A DNA stretch of 64,000 nt from Cycas panzhihuaensis. Lineage: Eukaryota; Plantae; Cycadophyta. A program made the position numbers and the translations under genes. The stretch lies in assembly GCA_023213395.1 (NCBI GenBank), contig CM041465.1, forward strand, positions 69,323,741 through 69,387,740, read 5' to 3'. The notes under the pieces are model-generated. The model did no database searches. It was not told the origin of the DNA and worked only from the letters and a program-made list of their open reading frames with translations. The first letter of the stretch is position 1. Every line of letters starts with the position of its first letter. This document shows positions 51,151 through 64,000 of this stretch, piece by piece.

Positions 51151-54053
51151 ATCTCACATTTGTTGAATACTTTGTGAGAAACCTATATGCACAACTATTG
51201 AATACCTAAATCACACACCCCCATTACTTTTCTACATTGTTTAAACATTTTGTACTAATAACTTTAGTCATTGAGTCTACAACATTCTTATATGTAAAAA
51301 CCTTCTATAAGTCCACCTTATTAAAATCAATCATTTCTCTCACAAAATAGAACCACAAGTTGATATACTTTGATCTAATATAAAAGGTGGGGTTCTTTGT
51401 CAGACAGATTATATTTTGACTATCACAATCTATCCTCACAGCTTTCTGCTTAAAGCCAATATTTATGCATAAATTCTATAACTAAATTACTTCCTTGCAT
51501 ACATGAGTAGCAACCATATACTTTGCTTCTGTGCTTGAAAGTACAAAAATTTGTTGTCTCTTGCTCATTCAACTGATAGCACTAACATAAAAGGGTAAAC
51601 ACATACTTACTTATAGATCTTTTATTATCAAGATCTCCTGCCTAATCAATATCAATAAATCTTTTTAGATCCATTATTCTACTCTCTATGGGAACTCCTT
51701 GGTAGTAAATTTTATGGTCTGATATATCTCGTAAATATCTAAAAATCCTTTTCACAGCATCCCAATACCCACTACCTGGATTTGACATGTATCTGCTAAT
51801 AACTTCTGCTACATGGGCGATGTCTGGTTGAGTATGGACCATTATATACATCAGACTTCCCACTACACTTGCATACATGACAAAATCCATGTCCTCAACA
51901 TCTTGGTAAGCCTTTGGGCATTGCTCAATTAAAAGTTTAAAATCGACATAAAAAGGAACATTGATTGGATTACAATCTTGCATTTTGAACCATTGTAGTA
52001 TTATTTCAATATATCATCTTTGGCTGAGTTAAATCTCTCTCTTTTCCCTATCTCTCTTTATTTCAATACCCAAAATGAAATGTGTAGCATTGAGATCCAT
52101 CACCTCAAAATGAGATGCCAGTTGGGCTTTCATAAGTTGGTTCATTTCTTTATTATTACATATAAATAATATATCATCAATATATAAAACCAAGAAAACA
52201 AAATGATCACGAACCTGTTTAAAATAGATGTAGAAATTAACCTTACTATACACAAAGCCATTTATCATTATGTGTGAATTAAACTTCTAGTACCACCTCC
52301 TCAATGACTGTTTTAAGCCATATATTGACTTCTTCAACCTGTACATTATTCACCTTACCTATAACTTCAAAACCTTCAGGCCGTAATATATAAATTTCTT
52401 CCTCAAGGTCATCTTAAAAAAAAATTGTCTTCACATCCATTGGATCTACCTAAAGATTATAGGTAGTTACTAAAAATAATATAAATTTGATAGAAGCTAA
52501 TTTTGTAATAGGAGAAAAAAACTCCATTAAAGTCTATTCATTTTACCTAGGAATAACCCTTAACTACCACAGTGCTATCTACTCAAAACTTATTCTTGAA
52601 GATCCATTTATTATTAATAGGTTTTTTATCATCTAGAAAATTCACCAAGTCCCATATTTTATTCTTGTTTAAGGCTAAAATTTCTTCTTCCATGGCCTTC
52701 TTTTAGAGTTGGCTCTCTGTTGACTCCAAAGCCTCTCAAATAGTACATGGATCTTCACCTGTAATAACTAAAATAAACGAGGAGCGATAAAAGTCTTTAT
52801 GAATATACCTATTAAGCTATTTTTTCTTATGAGTTAATCTCCTCAAGATGTGGGGTTCATGAGGTTGGGCCACCTCCTTAGCTGGTTCATCCTCTTTAGT
52901 TGACTTATATTCTGATGCAGAATCCTCATTTCTTATTTCAAACCATACATTCTTAGAGTCTTTCTCCTTTGGTTCTTTGTTATACTTTAGAGACTTGGAC
53001 TCTTCTTTAAAGATAACATTATGACTATATACAACTTTCTATGATTCAGGGTTATAAAGCTTATACCCTTCTACTCCATCACCATAACCTATGAAAATAC
53101 ACTTTTATACTTTTAAATCAAGCTTTGTCCTTTATAGGCTAGGAACATGGATAAAAGCTTCTCAACCAAACATTCTTAAGGTGACCAAGAGATGGTTTCT
53201 TATTAGACCATGCTTCTTCAGGCATTTTATTCACCAAAATAGTCGTCGGTGATCTATTTATTAGGTAGCTCATAGTTATCATAGCCTTAACCTAGAATTT
53301 CTTCTTTAAACTAGTAACACAGAGCATACTTTTTGATCTTTCTAGCAAGGTCCTACTCATCTTTTTAGCAACTCTATTATGTTGTGATATATAAGGAGTT
53401 GTCTTCTGCCTTGTTATTCTACATTGGTTACAGAACTTCTCAAATTCATTTGAGTAAAACTCACCGCCATTATTAGTTCTCACCTTAATCCTCTTATTAG
53501 TCTAATTTTTTACCAAATCCTTGAATTCCTTGAATTTGTTGAAAACCTCAAATTCTTGCTTAAGAAAGTACAACCATATTCTTCTCAGGAAATCAATAAG
53601 GAATAAGCCAAAATACTTGGACCCACCCAAAGAAGATATATCAATAGACCTAAAAACATTGTTGTGCATCAGCTACAGAATCCCCTTCACTCTTTTTAAA
53701 CTAGGAGGAAAGCTTATATGATTTTATTTACCATAAACATAATGCTTATAGAAATTGAAGTAAAAAGAGTTATTAATCCTAGAGATATCTTTAGCTATAC
53801 CTTTGGAGAGAAAATCATGGAGGCTTTTTTTCCAATGTGGCCCAATCTTTGATTCCACAATAGTCTTACTAGTTAACAACACATGGGTGTTACCTACATT
53901 ACTACTACATTCTATAGCAACGGTCACATGCCTTGTTCTTGTTACAATGATCCAGTGATCATTCTCAACAAGTATATTTTCCATCTTTAGCTTCCATAGC
54001 TCAAAGTTCTGGTCATTGAAAATTTTAATCTTTGTCCTTGAAGTGCTTGCCAT
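51151..54053 (-). pseudogene. Disrupted Copia gag-pol with internal gag/protease deletion (copy G2)
   Basis: Gag start MASTSRTKIKIFNDQNFELWKLKME is joined directly to pre-integrase sequence. Integrase RTNNGGEFYSNEF; RT LVLYIDDIL and YASVVGSLMY. Confidence 0.9.
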
Positions 54054-56916
54054 AGTCTTGACACACAAGTTCACCAAAGAAAGCTCCCACTCAATAACTA
54101 GCTTCTTGTAAAACTAAAATCCTAACTCTGATACTAGATATAGACAAAATAATCGAGAAGAACAATGTAATAATAGAGTTTGAAATAATGTAAAAAGCAA
54201 ATAAATAAATCCAAGTACATCAATAAGGAACAATCAAAGATTCAAGTCTAAGCATAGACCATTTTATTAATGCAAGCAACAACTAAGGAGTTATAAGAGA
54301 AACCCTACTCTCTTCTTATCCACTCATCCAACCATTTTACATGTGCACTTATAGAATTATATATAGACATAGTTTTATAAGATATTACTCCATAGTTTTA
54401 TAAATATAGTGGGCATAAACCATGGGCTACAAAAGACACCCAAAAGACCCTCATAAGACACCCCACAAAGGGGCTCAGATGTAATGCCTATACCTATGTA
54501 ACACTTGTAAAGTGTTTAATACATTTAACACAATCATCTTTTAATGTTATTCAGAGAGCATAAACTTATATATTGATGATGTTCACAACCAATAATAAAT
54601 AAGAGAACATTAAGCTAATCATGAATAAAATATTATCTCCAATATGATTCTCTTTTACCTATATAAAATAAAATTGAGTGTGTATAACGAGTTAATTAGT
54701 CTACTATCTAAAATAATCTCATTAATCTCGCAAAACTCCAAGTCAATATAACAAAGGTGCATAGTACCCATAAACAGTGTGATTGAGCTCTTGTATATGT
54801 GACAAGTGTCTTATATGCACACAAAGGGGAACCGGTACTTGACCTTTAATATAAGGTACAATACATTATAATGTAGAGCTAAAATATCTAGCACAAGGTC
54901 GGTAAAACACATGGTACAAGATAATACTTAAACATTAATTCTAAGAAGGATGACTTCTTAACTCATATACGATGTAAATATTCTATAATAAAACAAAAGA
55001 AAGATGCATAAGCAAATTATTATAATTTAAGTAGAATTAAGGGCCTTAGTATTCTTGATTTAATTAGAGAATAAATATACACCATAGAGATAAATACACA
55101 CAATAAATAACCTTAACCATATATCGAGGTGTTGATGTTATACTATAATGGTTCCTTACCCTCTAAATCTTGATGAATGACTGTCAAAATGGTTACCAAA
55201 TGGTTGTTGTAGTAATTCTTCAATTTCCGTATCCCCCTTAAAGGAAATTAAGGCTTATATAGAAGGATAATTTCCATATATAAGAAAATTATGCTTATGT
55301 GTCTTTACATAAACATGTTATTTCCACTTCCCTATAGATTTTAAGAAGTGGAAGAAGTCACCAAAAATAGAAATTAGAATCACTAATGGAGGTCTATGAG
55401 TTATCTTAATTTTCTTCTAAGAATTTTATTATTAGAATACCCATAATGTATTATACCAAATAAAGGACAAATGATGGATATATACATGCAAAATAGATTT
55501 GAAAACTTAGATACTTATCTTCCCATAACATCTAAAATCTATCAAGCTCACCTATGGAAATAATTATAGCCATATTGGTATCGAGATTTTCAAAGAAACA
55601 CTCCCAAAATTTAACAGTAGTTTGGTTGAAATGGCATTGATTTTTAGGAATCATTAAATCACCCATTATAGATTCCTCCAATATGATAAAAAGAAGCCTA
55701 AAATTGGTGTGTATTGTTATTGATTTATCTCCTATATCTTTATGGATACATAGTGTTATTTTGAAGCCCAAAATAATGCCCTTGATGTAGAGGCCCTAGA
55801 GATATGAAATAGGAAAATGGGTAAGAAATTATTATATACCCCATTCTAGATTAGACAGGTAATTATTTTCACTAATTACCATGACCAAAGATATTGGTAA
55901 TGTATTATTATTTACTAAAAATGTGCTATTAATATGACTAAATGGTCTAGACAAGAGAACCATGTGATCACTAAGACATCTATTTATAGCTAAGCAAGAC
56001 AAAACATATGTAAGATAGAAAAATATATATGGTTGATGATGGTTTGGGCAAGTTCTAACCTCATGTCTCAAATGAAATAAAATTGGCTCTTATAGGTATA
56101 CATATATTTAATCCTCATAAGTAAATACAAAATATGACTCCTTATCAGAATGATACGTGAACCATAACCTTATGGCAAATCAGACTAGATAGTGTAATTA
56201 ATGAGAGCATTGCATCATGAATAAATGCCTATAGTTGGAATGTTGGAGTTGTGCATAACAGTCTTGATTGTAAGTTTAGATCATTGCCCTAATCCTAATA
56301 ACAAACTTGAGTGGATTCCATTTAATGGGCATCATTATCTTGTATATTTGAGTGATATTTGTAGATGTTAAAAATGTAATAAAAATGCATATCTAGTGGA
56401 GGGAATTTAAATTCCAGACCACTAATAACATGAATATAATTGATATCTCTAGATCAAGCTCTAAAGGATGGAAATCATAGTAAGATGAAGGGATGAAATA
56501 GATCTAACATAGATAGAAGGGATATTGACTCTATGATTGATAAAATGGGCTAATAGTCAAGAGTGAGTCCCCCTCAAAGCTAGTTGATATAAGGCAAATC
56601 CCTTAGTAACTTGTAATGAGGAAACCTAATATAGATGAGACTAGGAGTATAGAAAGGTCCAAAAACACCTCATATTACATCACCTCATGGGATTAACTTA
56701 GATAACTAATTTAATAATGGACTTGATCCAAATGTACTTGACCAATAGTCTTGATATAAGAGGGACTATATTTAATAGTTAAGTTGTCCAAGACCAAGGA
56801 TTTAAATAAAAAAATATAGGAGAAAATTATCCAAATGTACTTGACCAAAATTATCTTACTCTACATTGTTTTGATTGATTTATTAGGAGATATGGAGAAC
56901 TTTATACAAAGTGGAG

Positions 56917-59409
56917 TGGTTAATTATCTAATATTGAGAATGTAAGATATCCTAAATATTAGTTATAATGATAGATATATGGAGGGTGAGGTGGATAAGA
57001 GGAATGCATACAAGGTATATAATCAGACATAAACCTACATCCTAATAAAGAATTTATTATTTGTTGTATTGCTAATCAAATTACTTATATATCATAATTA
57101 TTTATTAGCTCTATCATTTGTATAAAATGAGTATAAACATATATAAAAGGGCCATATGGTGCCTTCAACATCATCCATAAAGACACTTATGAATAACCTA
57201 GTATGACTTGCTTACATCTGATTAGGAGGAGCAAGAGGTACAAAACTATATAAATAGCCAAATCTTTGTGTCTAAGCACTCAAATAAAAAGTCAACTATA
57301 ACCTAGGGGATGTTAGTGAATCTCTATTTAAAATTTGATATCCATTGGAGTTTTATTAGATTAAAAAATGAGTGAAGTGACTTGAAATAAAAGAATAAAC
57401 ACGTTAAGTGTATAATTAATGACCTCATAGTATAGAAGCAAAAAAACATTAGACTTAATATTCACTTCATTATGGTATGCTTCATCGTATACTTAAGTCA
57501 ACAATTAATGTTACAAGCTTTAATTCTTTATGTGGGTTAGTTAGCACTTACCACAAGGTTGAAATGTGTCTAGCATACATAAACATTAGCTTGGATATAT
57601 ATGGATAAATATTTTCCATTTTCTTATTGCACTCAACTATTGTTTACATTTGATATCAAATCCAAGTTCTCTCTTTTCAAGTTTTTCTTATACTGCAAGT
57701 ATGCTTGGTGGTGATCTTCACAAAACGAAGACGATCCAAGTGGTTATAGGCTCTTTTCTAAGTTGCATGGGCCTATATAGATCCATATAGGTCCATACAA
57801 ACTTATATGGACCTATTACAATGAAAACATAAGAAAGTGTCTCAGATTGAAGTTCTCAAGAGAATGATCTCTCTCACAAAATTTCTTCTTTTTAAAATAG
57901 AAAATTAGAAAAGAAAAAAGGACCCCAAAGTTAAGGGTGTAATCAAATTTCATCATCTTCTCATTATGAATTATACAAGATGAATTGCACAATTGGATAT
58001 TTTTAGCAAGAGCTTTTGTTTGATACTAGATTCAACCACTTTTCATGTCACTGTGCTCTAAAATGAGCAAGATGACCAGAAAACCCTAACCATTAGTCGC
58101 ATTGGTTTTTGGTTATAACTTCACCCCTGAAACACGAAATTAAAACCTATCTACATATTTGGAATGGTACTTGAGAGGTGCACATTTTAAGTATCATTTT
58201 AATTTTTAGGGTTTCATACCTTAAATTTGTATAGCTATATAAAACCATACAAACTAGAATTTTCTATACTAAACTCTAATCTAATTAGGCTTTGGTTAAC
58301 ATCTAGTATTGAGGATGTAAAATATATTAAATACTAGTTATAGGGATAAATATATAAAGGGTGGGATAGATGAGAGTAATGCATACAAGATACTCAATCA
58401 AACATAAACCTACGTGCTAATAAAGAATTTGCCATTTGTCATATTGTTAATCAAATTTTCTTATACATCATAACTATTTATTAGCTTAATCATGCATACA
58501 AAATGAGTATAAACATATATAAAAGAGCCATATAGTGCCTTCAACATCATCAATAAAGTCACTTATGAGTAACTTAGCATGACTTACTTACATGTGACTA
58601 GGAGCAGGAAGATGTACAAATCTATATAAATAAGGCAATCTTTTATGTGGAAGCACTTGAATAAAAAGTCAACTATAACTAAAGGGGTGCTAATGAATCT
58701 CCATCTAAGATTTGAGATCCATTGGAGGTTATTAGATTAAAAATAAATGAAATGACTTGAAATAAAAGAATAAACATGTTAAGCATATAAATAATGACCT
58801 CGTAGTGTAAAAGCATAAGATGTTAGACTTAATGTTCACTTCATTATATGTTTGAGTCAACACTTAATGCTATAAGTTTCAATTTTGGTGGGTTAGTTAC
58901 CACTTCTTACATGGTCAAAAACTATCTAACACGCACAGGCATAAGCTTGTATATATATGTGTATAATGCACTCTCATTTGTATGCAAGGTGAATATTAAT
59001 TATTCTTTGCTTATGGGCCAATTCTACCACAGATGAATATGTATTCCATTTTCTTGTTGTATTTGGCGATTATTAACATTTAGTATCAAAGCTAGGTTCT
59101 CTCCTTTCAAGTTTTTTTTGGAGTGCAAGTATGCTTACTAATGATCTTCATAAAATAAAGATGGTCCAAAGTGATTGTAGGCTCTTTTTTAAGTTGTATG
59201 GACCTATATAGATCCATACATGCCCATACAAAGTTGTACAAACCTACTACAGTGAAAAAGCAAGAAATTATCTTAGATTTAAGTCCTTGAGCACATGATC
59301 TCCCTCACAAATTTTCTTGCTTTTTAAACATAAAATTTTAAAAATGGCCAGAATCAAGGGTTGGATTGAAATTCTTCATCTACTCATTATGAATTGTATA
59401 AGATGAGTT
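56917..59409 (+). mobile_element. Two diverged direct copies of LTR + PBS + leader (56917-57987 and 58293-59409)
   Basis: Colinear homology over about 1.1 kb. LTR ends ...ACA at 57648 and 59078, each followed by an eroded PBS (TGATATCAAATC at 57651, TAGTATCAAAGC at 59081). No coding domains. Confidence 0.8.
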
Positions 59410-61849
59410 AAGAGACAAAATCTTAGGAGAATATATATCTCATTTTCTGTTATTACACACACTTTGCTATTATTTTATATTCATGACTCTTTGCTCTTCT
59501 TTCCCTCACTTTTAGCTTATTTGAATGCCTATTTTTTATTGACATGAACCCGTACACCTTTGAATTAGCTCACATGGACTAAACGTGGTTTAAGTTCCTG
59601 TATGAATTAGCTATCTTGTAAGTTAAACATGAGTCTGTGCTCCTCTAAGCACTTTGTTTTGGTCAATATGAATGTTTCTTATATTTTGTTCATTCACATA
59701 TTTGTTTTCTTTTGCATTTTTTTCATTAATATCAAATGCAATTGCTTCTCTCACATAATTTATTATATAGATCTCTTTGAGTATATATGAATTAAGTGCT
59801 CATGGGTTGAAAATAGACATTATATGAGAAAGTTATTCTCCTTTTATAATTTTGTCTTCTCCCATTGGTCCCATTTCTCACTTTTTAAGGCTGACTTCAC
59901 AATTATCCCTTAAAAAATAATATGTTTCTCTCAAAAACCAGCTTCACAATATAAGTTTGAGTCTTTTCCCTTAGTTTATTCATTATAAATACCCTTTCAT
60001 ATTTTCATTTGAACCTTAGCTAGCATGTTGACTCTCTAAAGTGCCAAGTTGCCTCTCTTATTTGTTGACACTCGAACAAACCATTTTGTACCTTATTTCT
60101 TATCTAATTTCATTATTGGAATGAGGATTGGTGCATACCCTATTTGCAGTGATTTTGATTATAGTACCTAGTTCATTGATTTGCTATTTTTGTTTTAAAT
60201 TTTACTATATTGTGTATCATTTTGTTATACAATGTATACTTGTGTATGTTTCGATGCCGATACTATATATTTGCTTATATCTTCTACAGTACCACACTAC
60301 CATACTATGTATTTGCTTTATACTTTCATAAGTATAATCTCATAATTTTAATGAGACAGTTGTGGTATCACCATTTTTGTGTCAAGCCTCTTTTTTATTA
60401 TTTAAGTGGTATTATTGTGTATTCTTTACTGGGTTTCGATGTAATTACTATTAGGAAAGGGCATTCAACCTACAAGACTTAGGATCTAGAAAGGAGAAAC
60501 AATTTGCTCATGAAGTGAGATGATTAGTATCTAAGAGAGGAAATATTGAAATGAGCAATATAACAAAGGATAAGCATAAACAAGCATAAGCACAACAATA
60601 CTAATATGGAGGAGATGGAATTAGTCCAATCTCTAAAATAGAATGATAGCTTGATTAGCAAATTAGCAGCATAACAGTGCTACTCATTCTCCACATAAAA
60701 TACAGGAGAATTGATCTCAATATATAGAGTTGGAGGAGAGGCCTAAGGTGTTAGATATTTGACAAGTGTCAAACATCTAAGCTACACCCTTTGCATGTAG
60801 GACATGTGTCCTTTTGGGCTCTCATGTGAACAAATGTAAGGGTTAGTTTGACCCTTAAGTCACAATGTCATGTGATTAGAAAAGGATGTGGGTGTGTATT
60901 ATATCACTTAATTGATAAGTCACCCCATAAAGAACAATAATACAACAATAATAAAGTATATTAGCTTAACATGTAAACATAAGATTTAACAATTACCATG
61001 TGTCATCTTTTAAATTTTGTGGTATCTACTTTTTAACACAGTATATAGTTGATGTGTCATTTATTTCTTTAGTTGAATATTTCATTATCTTTTATTGCTA
61101 TCTTATCATTGTTTTCTGTTGATTTGTTATTGTTTCACATTGATTATTCATTTATTATTATTTTTCTTTCATTCTTCTTGTTTGTTTTGATTTTATTGCT
61201 TTGCAGTAACTAGTCATAGATAAATAAATACATCTGTGATAATGCATATATAAATAAATGTCTTATCTTAATACTGAAGCACTCTTGCTTACCCATCATA
61301 TAGGTTTCCATTTATTTTTTCTAATGATCACTAATTGCTTGGTACTTTTTTCTTGTGATATTATGTTACATGTAGAAGGAAAGGAAATGAATAAGTCAAG
61401 CATCATTAAGCTCTCATAATCAAATAACTTATTATCAACAAACATATCGGATAAACACTTTTAAATTTTATTTATTATCATTTTCATTTGATTGATGATT
61501 ATATAATAATAATAGAAGGAATTCAATTAATTTATTTTGAAAGAATATACAAGATAAATTAATGTAGTTTAAAGAATTCCAGAAACTCTAATTGAAAAAT
61601 ATCTTAGCCTTTACACAAAACATTTATCTTCCATCACTCATAGGGTCATGTTACTCTGAGTAATAAATCTTTATTCCTTTCCTCTAGGGTTGGATTTTTT
61701 CTTAAGTTAAAAGAACAGAGTCCTACCCATAAACCCAAATAAGCTGCCACAAGATCTTCTTTTGCCTTTATTAGAATATGTAATAATTTCACATACTTAA
61801 TATTTAATATGATATAGTAAATCCACACAAAATCTCATTTACTAAAAAC

Positions 61850-64000
61850 ATTTATAGATATGATATACGTGATTATTCATGTAAATATCCCATTAGATGA
61901 TGAAAAAACTTGAGATATTATAAGCTATTCATAAGGTAACATATCTATAAATATGTACACACACCACTTGAAAATTTAAAAAAAGATTGAGAAAGGTCAT
62001 TGAAGAGAAGATGTAATCATTTGAAGATCATTAAAGAGGAGTTCCCAACTCTAACCTTGTCTCATGGTTTTTTTCACATTGGGCTTTCAACGTCTAAATC
62101 TATTGTTGATCTTGTGAAGCATGCTTCTTATGTTTATAGTTCATATTATTATTTGATATGTTGATCTTCCATTACATGAATTGTGTATATTTCTCATAAT
62201 ACAATTAATTGATTATATATATTTAATATACTTCCTACATACATAATGAATACATTCCAATAAGATATCACAGTGAAATTCTAAATTCTCACATGGTATC
62301 AAGGCCATGTTATGAAATATCTTGTGAAGCAGATTAACGATTATACAAACTAGTGATAGACCCAGTATAGGCACTTGTATGAGGTGTTTTCTTATGAGTT
62401 AAGAGCTAATTATGCTAATGATATGAGTACGATTCTAGGACAAGATGGAGTTGAGGATGAGATCCACATACAAATTATGATAAAACCACATACATATGAT
62501 GAAAGTTACATATAATGATGATAGACAGTATAAGGAGATTTATCTTTGGTTTGCATAGCTCCTAAGCAGATTAAAGAGAGAGGAAGATGTTATTTGCCAT
62601 CCTATGAATTTGCTACGATCACGCCCGAGTGAATAATTACCCAATAGACAGAGCAATTTAATTACTCAGATCATTCATAGCAAAAAAAAATTATAAAATC
62701 ATGATCATGAATTCATTGTTTATTTTTTATAAGTTGATTTTTTAATCTAATAAAAAAAAATTGCATTGATATTACTTAATTTAATTATTTTTAATTGATG
62801 GTTGAAATCCATGATATAGCCCCATTTGCATGAGTATACGGTTACATGGGTAAGCTTTGATGATTGAGGGCTAAAAGACAAAGGAGGTAGAATTAAAAAT
62901 TTGTAAGTTATATTGTAATCTCTTTGTAAATTCAAAAATGGAGTTAACGAAACTGAATTTCATTTGGAATTTATGCCTTAGAACTCCAATACTTAACAAT
63001 TGGTCATATGGAATAATTATGTGACCAACAACCAAATGCCAAAAGGGGCTAAATGAATTTTCTTAAGGATTGTATATTTTTTTAATGACATACTAGCATA
63101 TTTTTAACCATAAGTTTTCACTAGAGTGTTTATTTTTTGAATCATTAGTTGCCTTGGAAAGAGCACTTCAATATGATCAAAATAAGTGGTTGTAAGACAT
63201 ATTTAAAAAATAAGAATATAGAGATTGTAATGGTTAAAGTTGATCAAAATGGTTTTGACCTTATAAAAGATGTATTTTTTGAGCAATTTAAAATATATTT
63301 TGATGTGTTTTAATATTTTTAAAAACTTTAAAGATCATGATGATATTATTAATGATTATTAAAGAAAGAAAAAGTTTCATTCAAAATAAAGATATTTAAG
63401 ACTCATTTATGATAATTCAAAACTTAAACTGATGAAAATTCATGATGTGGCAACATATTTGAAGCGATACTGACATGGAAATCTTTTGACATATGCTAGA
63501 TATAATGCAAATCCCCTTTAGTATTGAATACATTTGATGAAGTATTATGGCTAACACTAATCAAATGCAATGATCACTTGATTTATTAAACACCTATTTG
63601 AATGAATGATTTATGACACCACTTGATATTGATAAGAGGCCTAACTGTTTACTTGTTAGAGAGATAAGTTGATGTAATAATTGAGTGAAAATTTCATCCA
63701 TTTATGAGACATGGAGAAGAGATCCTATACATCATTTACTTGACACACCAAATCCAATGGTTAAGGTTATCCATTTAGTATATGATAAGTGTTTGTTAGA
63801 AAGAAATCTAACTTACTATATATGACAAGAACCATGGAACACACTGTTTATATTACCTTGTTACAACTAACTTGACTTGGCCATGTTTCCAAAGTTAATA
63901 TGTTTAGATGATGGATTTGTTAATGCTGATGAGATTAATGGTTACCAAAAGAAAGTTGCAGATATGTGTAGAAAAGATAATGAAGGTAGCAAATAAGTTA
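61850..64000 (+). mobile_element. LTR + PBS + eroded Copia-like gag running off the right edge
   Basis: LTR ends ...CTCACA at 62293, followed by PBS TGGTATCAAGGC at 62294-62305. Faint gag-like residues at about 62960-63030 and 63470-63860. LTR start approximate. Confidence 0.55.

Larger units (their letters stand above)
46211..54530 (-). mobile_element. Element G: tandem Ty1/copia with three LTRs (46211-46614, 50770-51150, 54139-54530) and TSD CAATC
   Basis: CAATC at 46206-46210 and 54531-54535. PBS complements at 50757 and 54126; PPT complements at 46615 and 51151; two Copia internal regions in the same orientation. Confidence 0.93.

Noticed and set aside
55070-56900. Possible Tat/Ogre-like LTR and protease remnants
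   Set aside because: Too degenerate to assign domains or boundaries by eye.
60128-60482. Hydrophobic Tyr/Cys/Ile-rich ORFs
   Set aside because: Compositional artefact of AT-rich DNA; non-ATG starts; no splice or domain support.
60480-61040. Possible solo LTR
   Set aside because: LTR-like texture, but no partner, PBS, PPT or TSD could be confirmed.

Overview
Eukaryotic land-plant nuclear DNA, very AT-rich; a fern or lycophyte origin is a weak guess only. There is one clearly intact gene: an 8-exon, 314-aa subfamily XII (CIB/BPE/BEE/HBI1-type) bHLH transcription factor on the + strand (CDS 15861-18653). It has a GC-AG last intron and an unusual 5' region. Almost everything else is dead, nested LTR retrotransposons eroded by C>T/G>A changes. 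These include a chromodomain Ty3/gypsy element (5999-12532) inserted in the LTR of a pol-less element (1563-12794), and a four-level Copia/Copia/gypsy/gypsy nest (20692-32335). The inner Copia of that nest carries a recent 3 x 534-bp triplication and a CpG-rich foreign segment where gag should be. There is also a three-LTR tandem Copia bounded by a single CAATC target-site duplication (46211-54530), plus several LTR+PBS remnants and tandem duplications. No prokaryotic genes, rRNA, tRNA or CRISPR arrays were seen. All identity figures are by-eye estimates.
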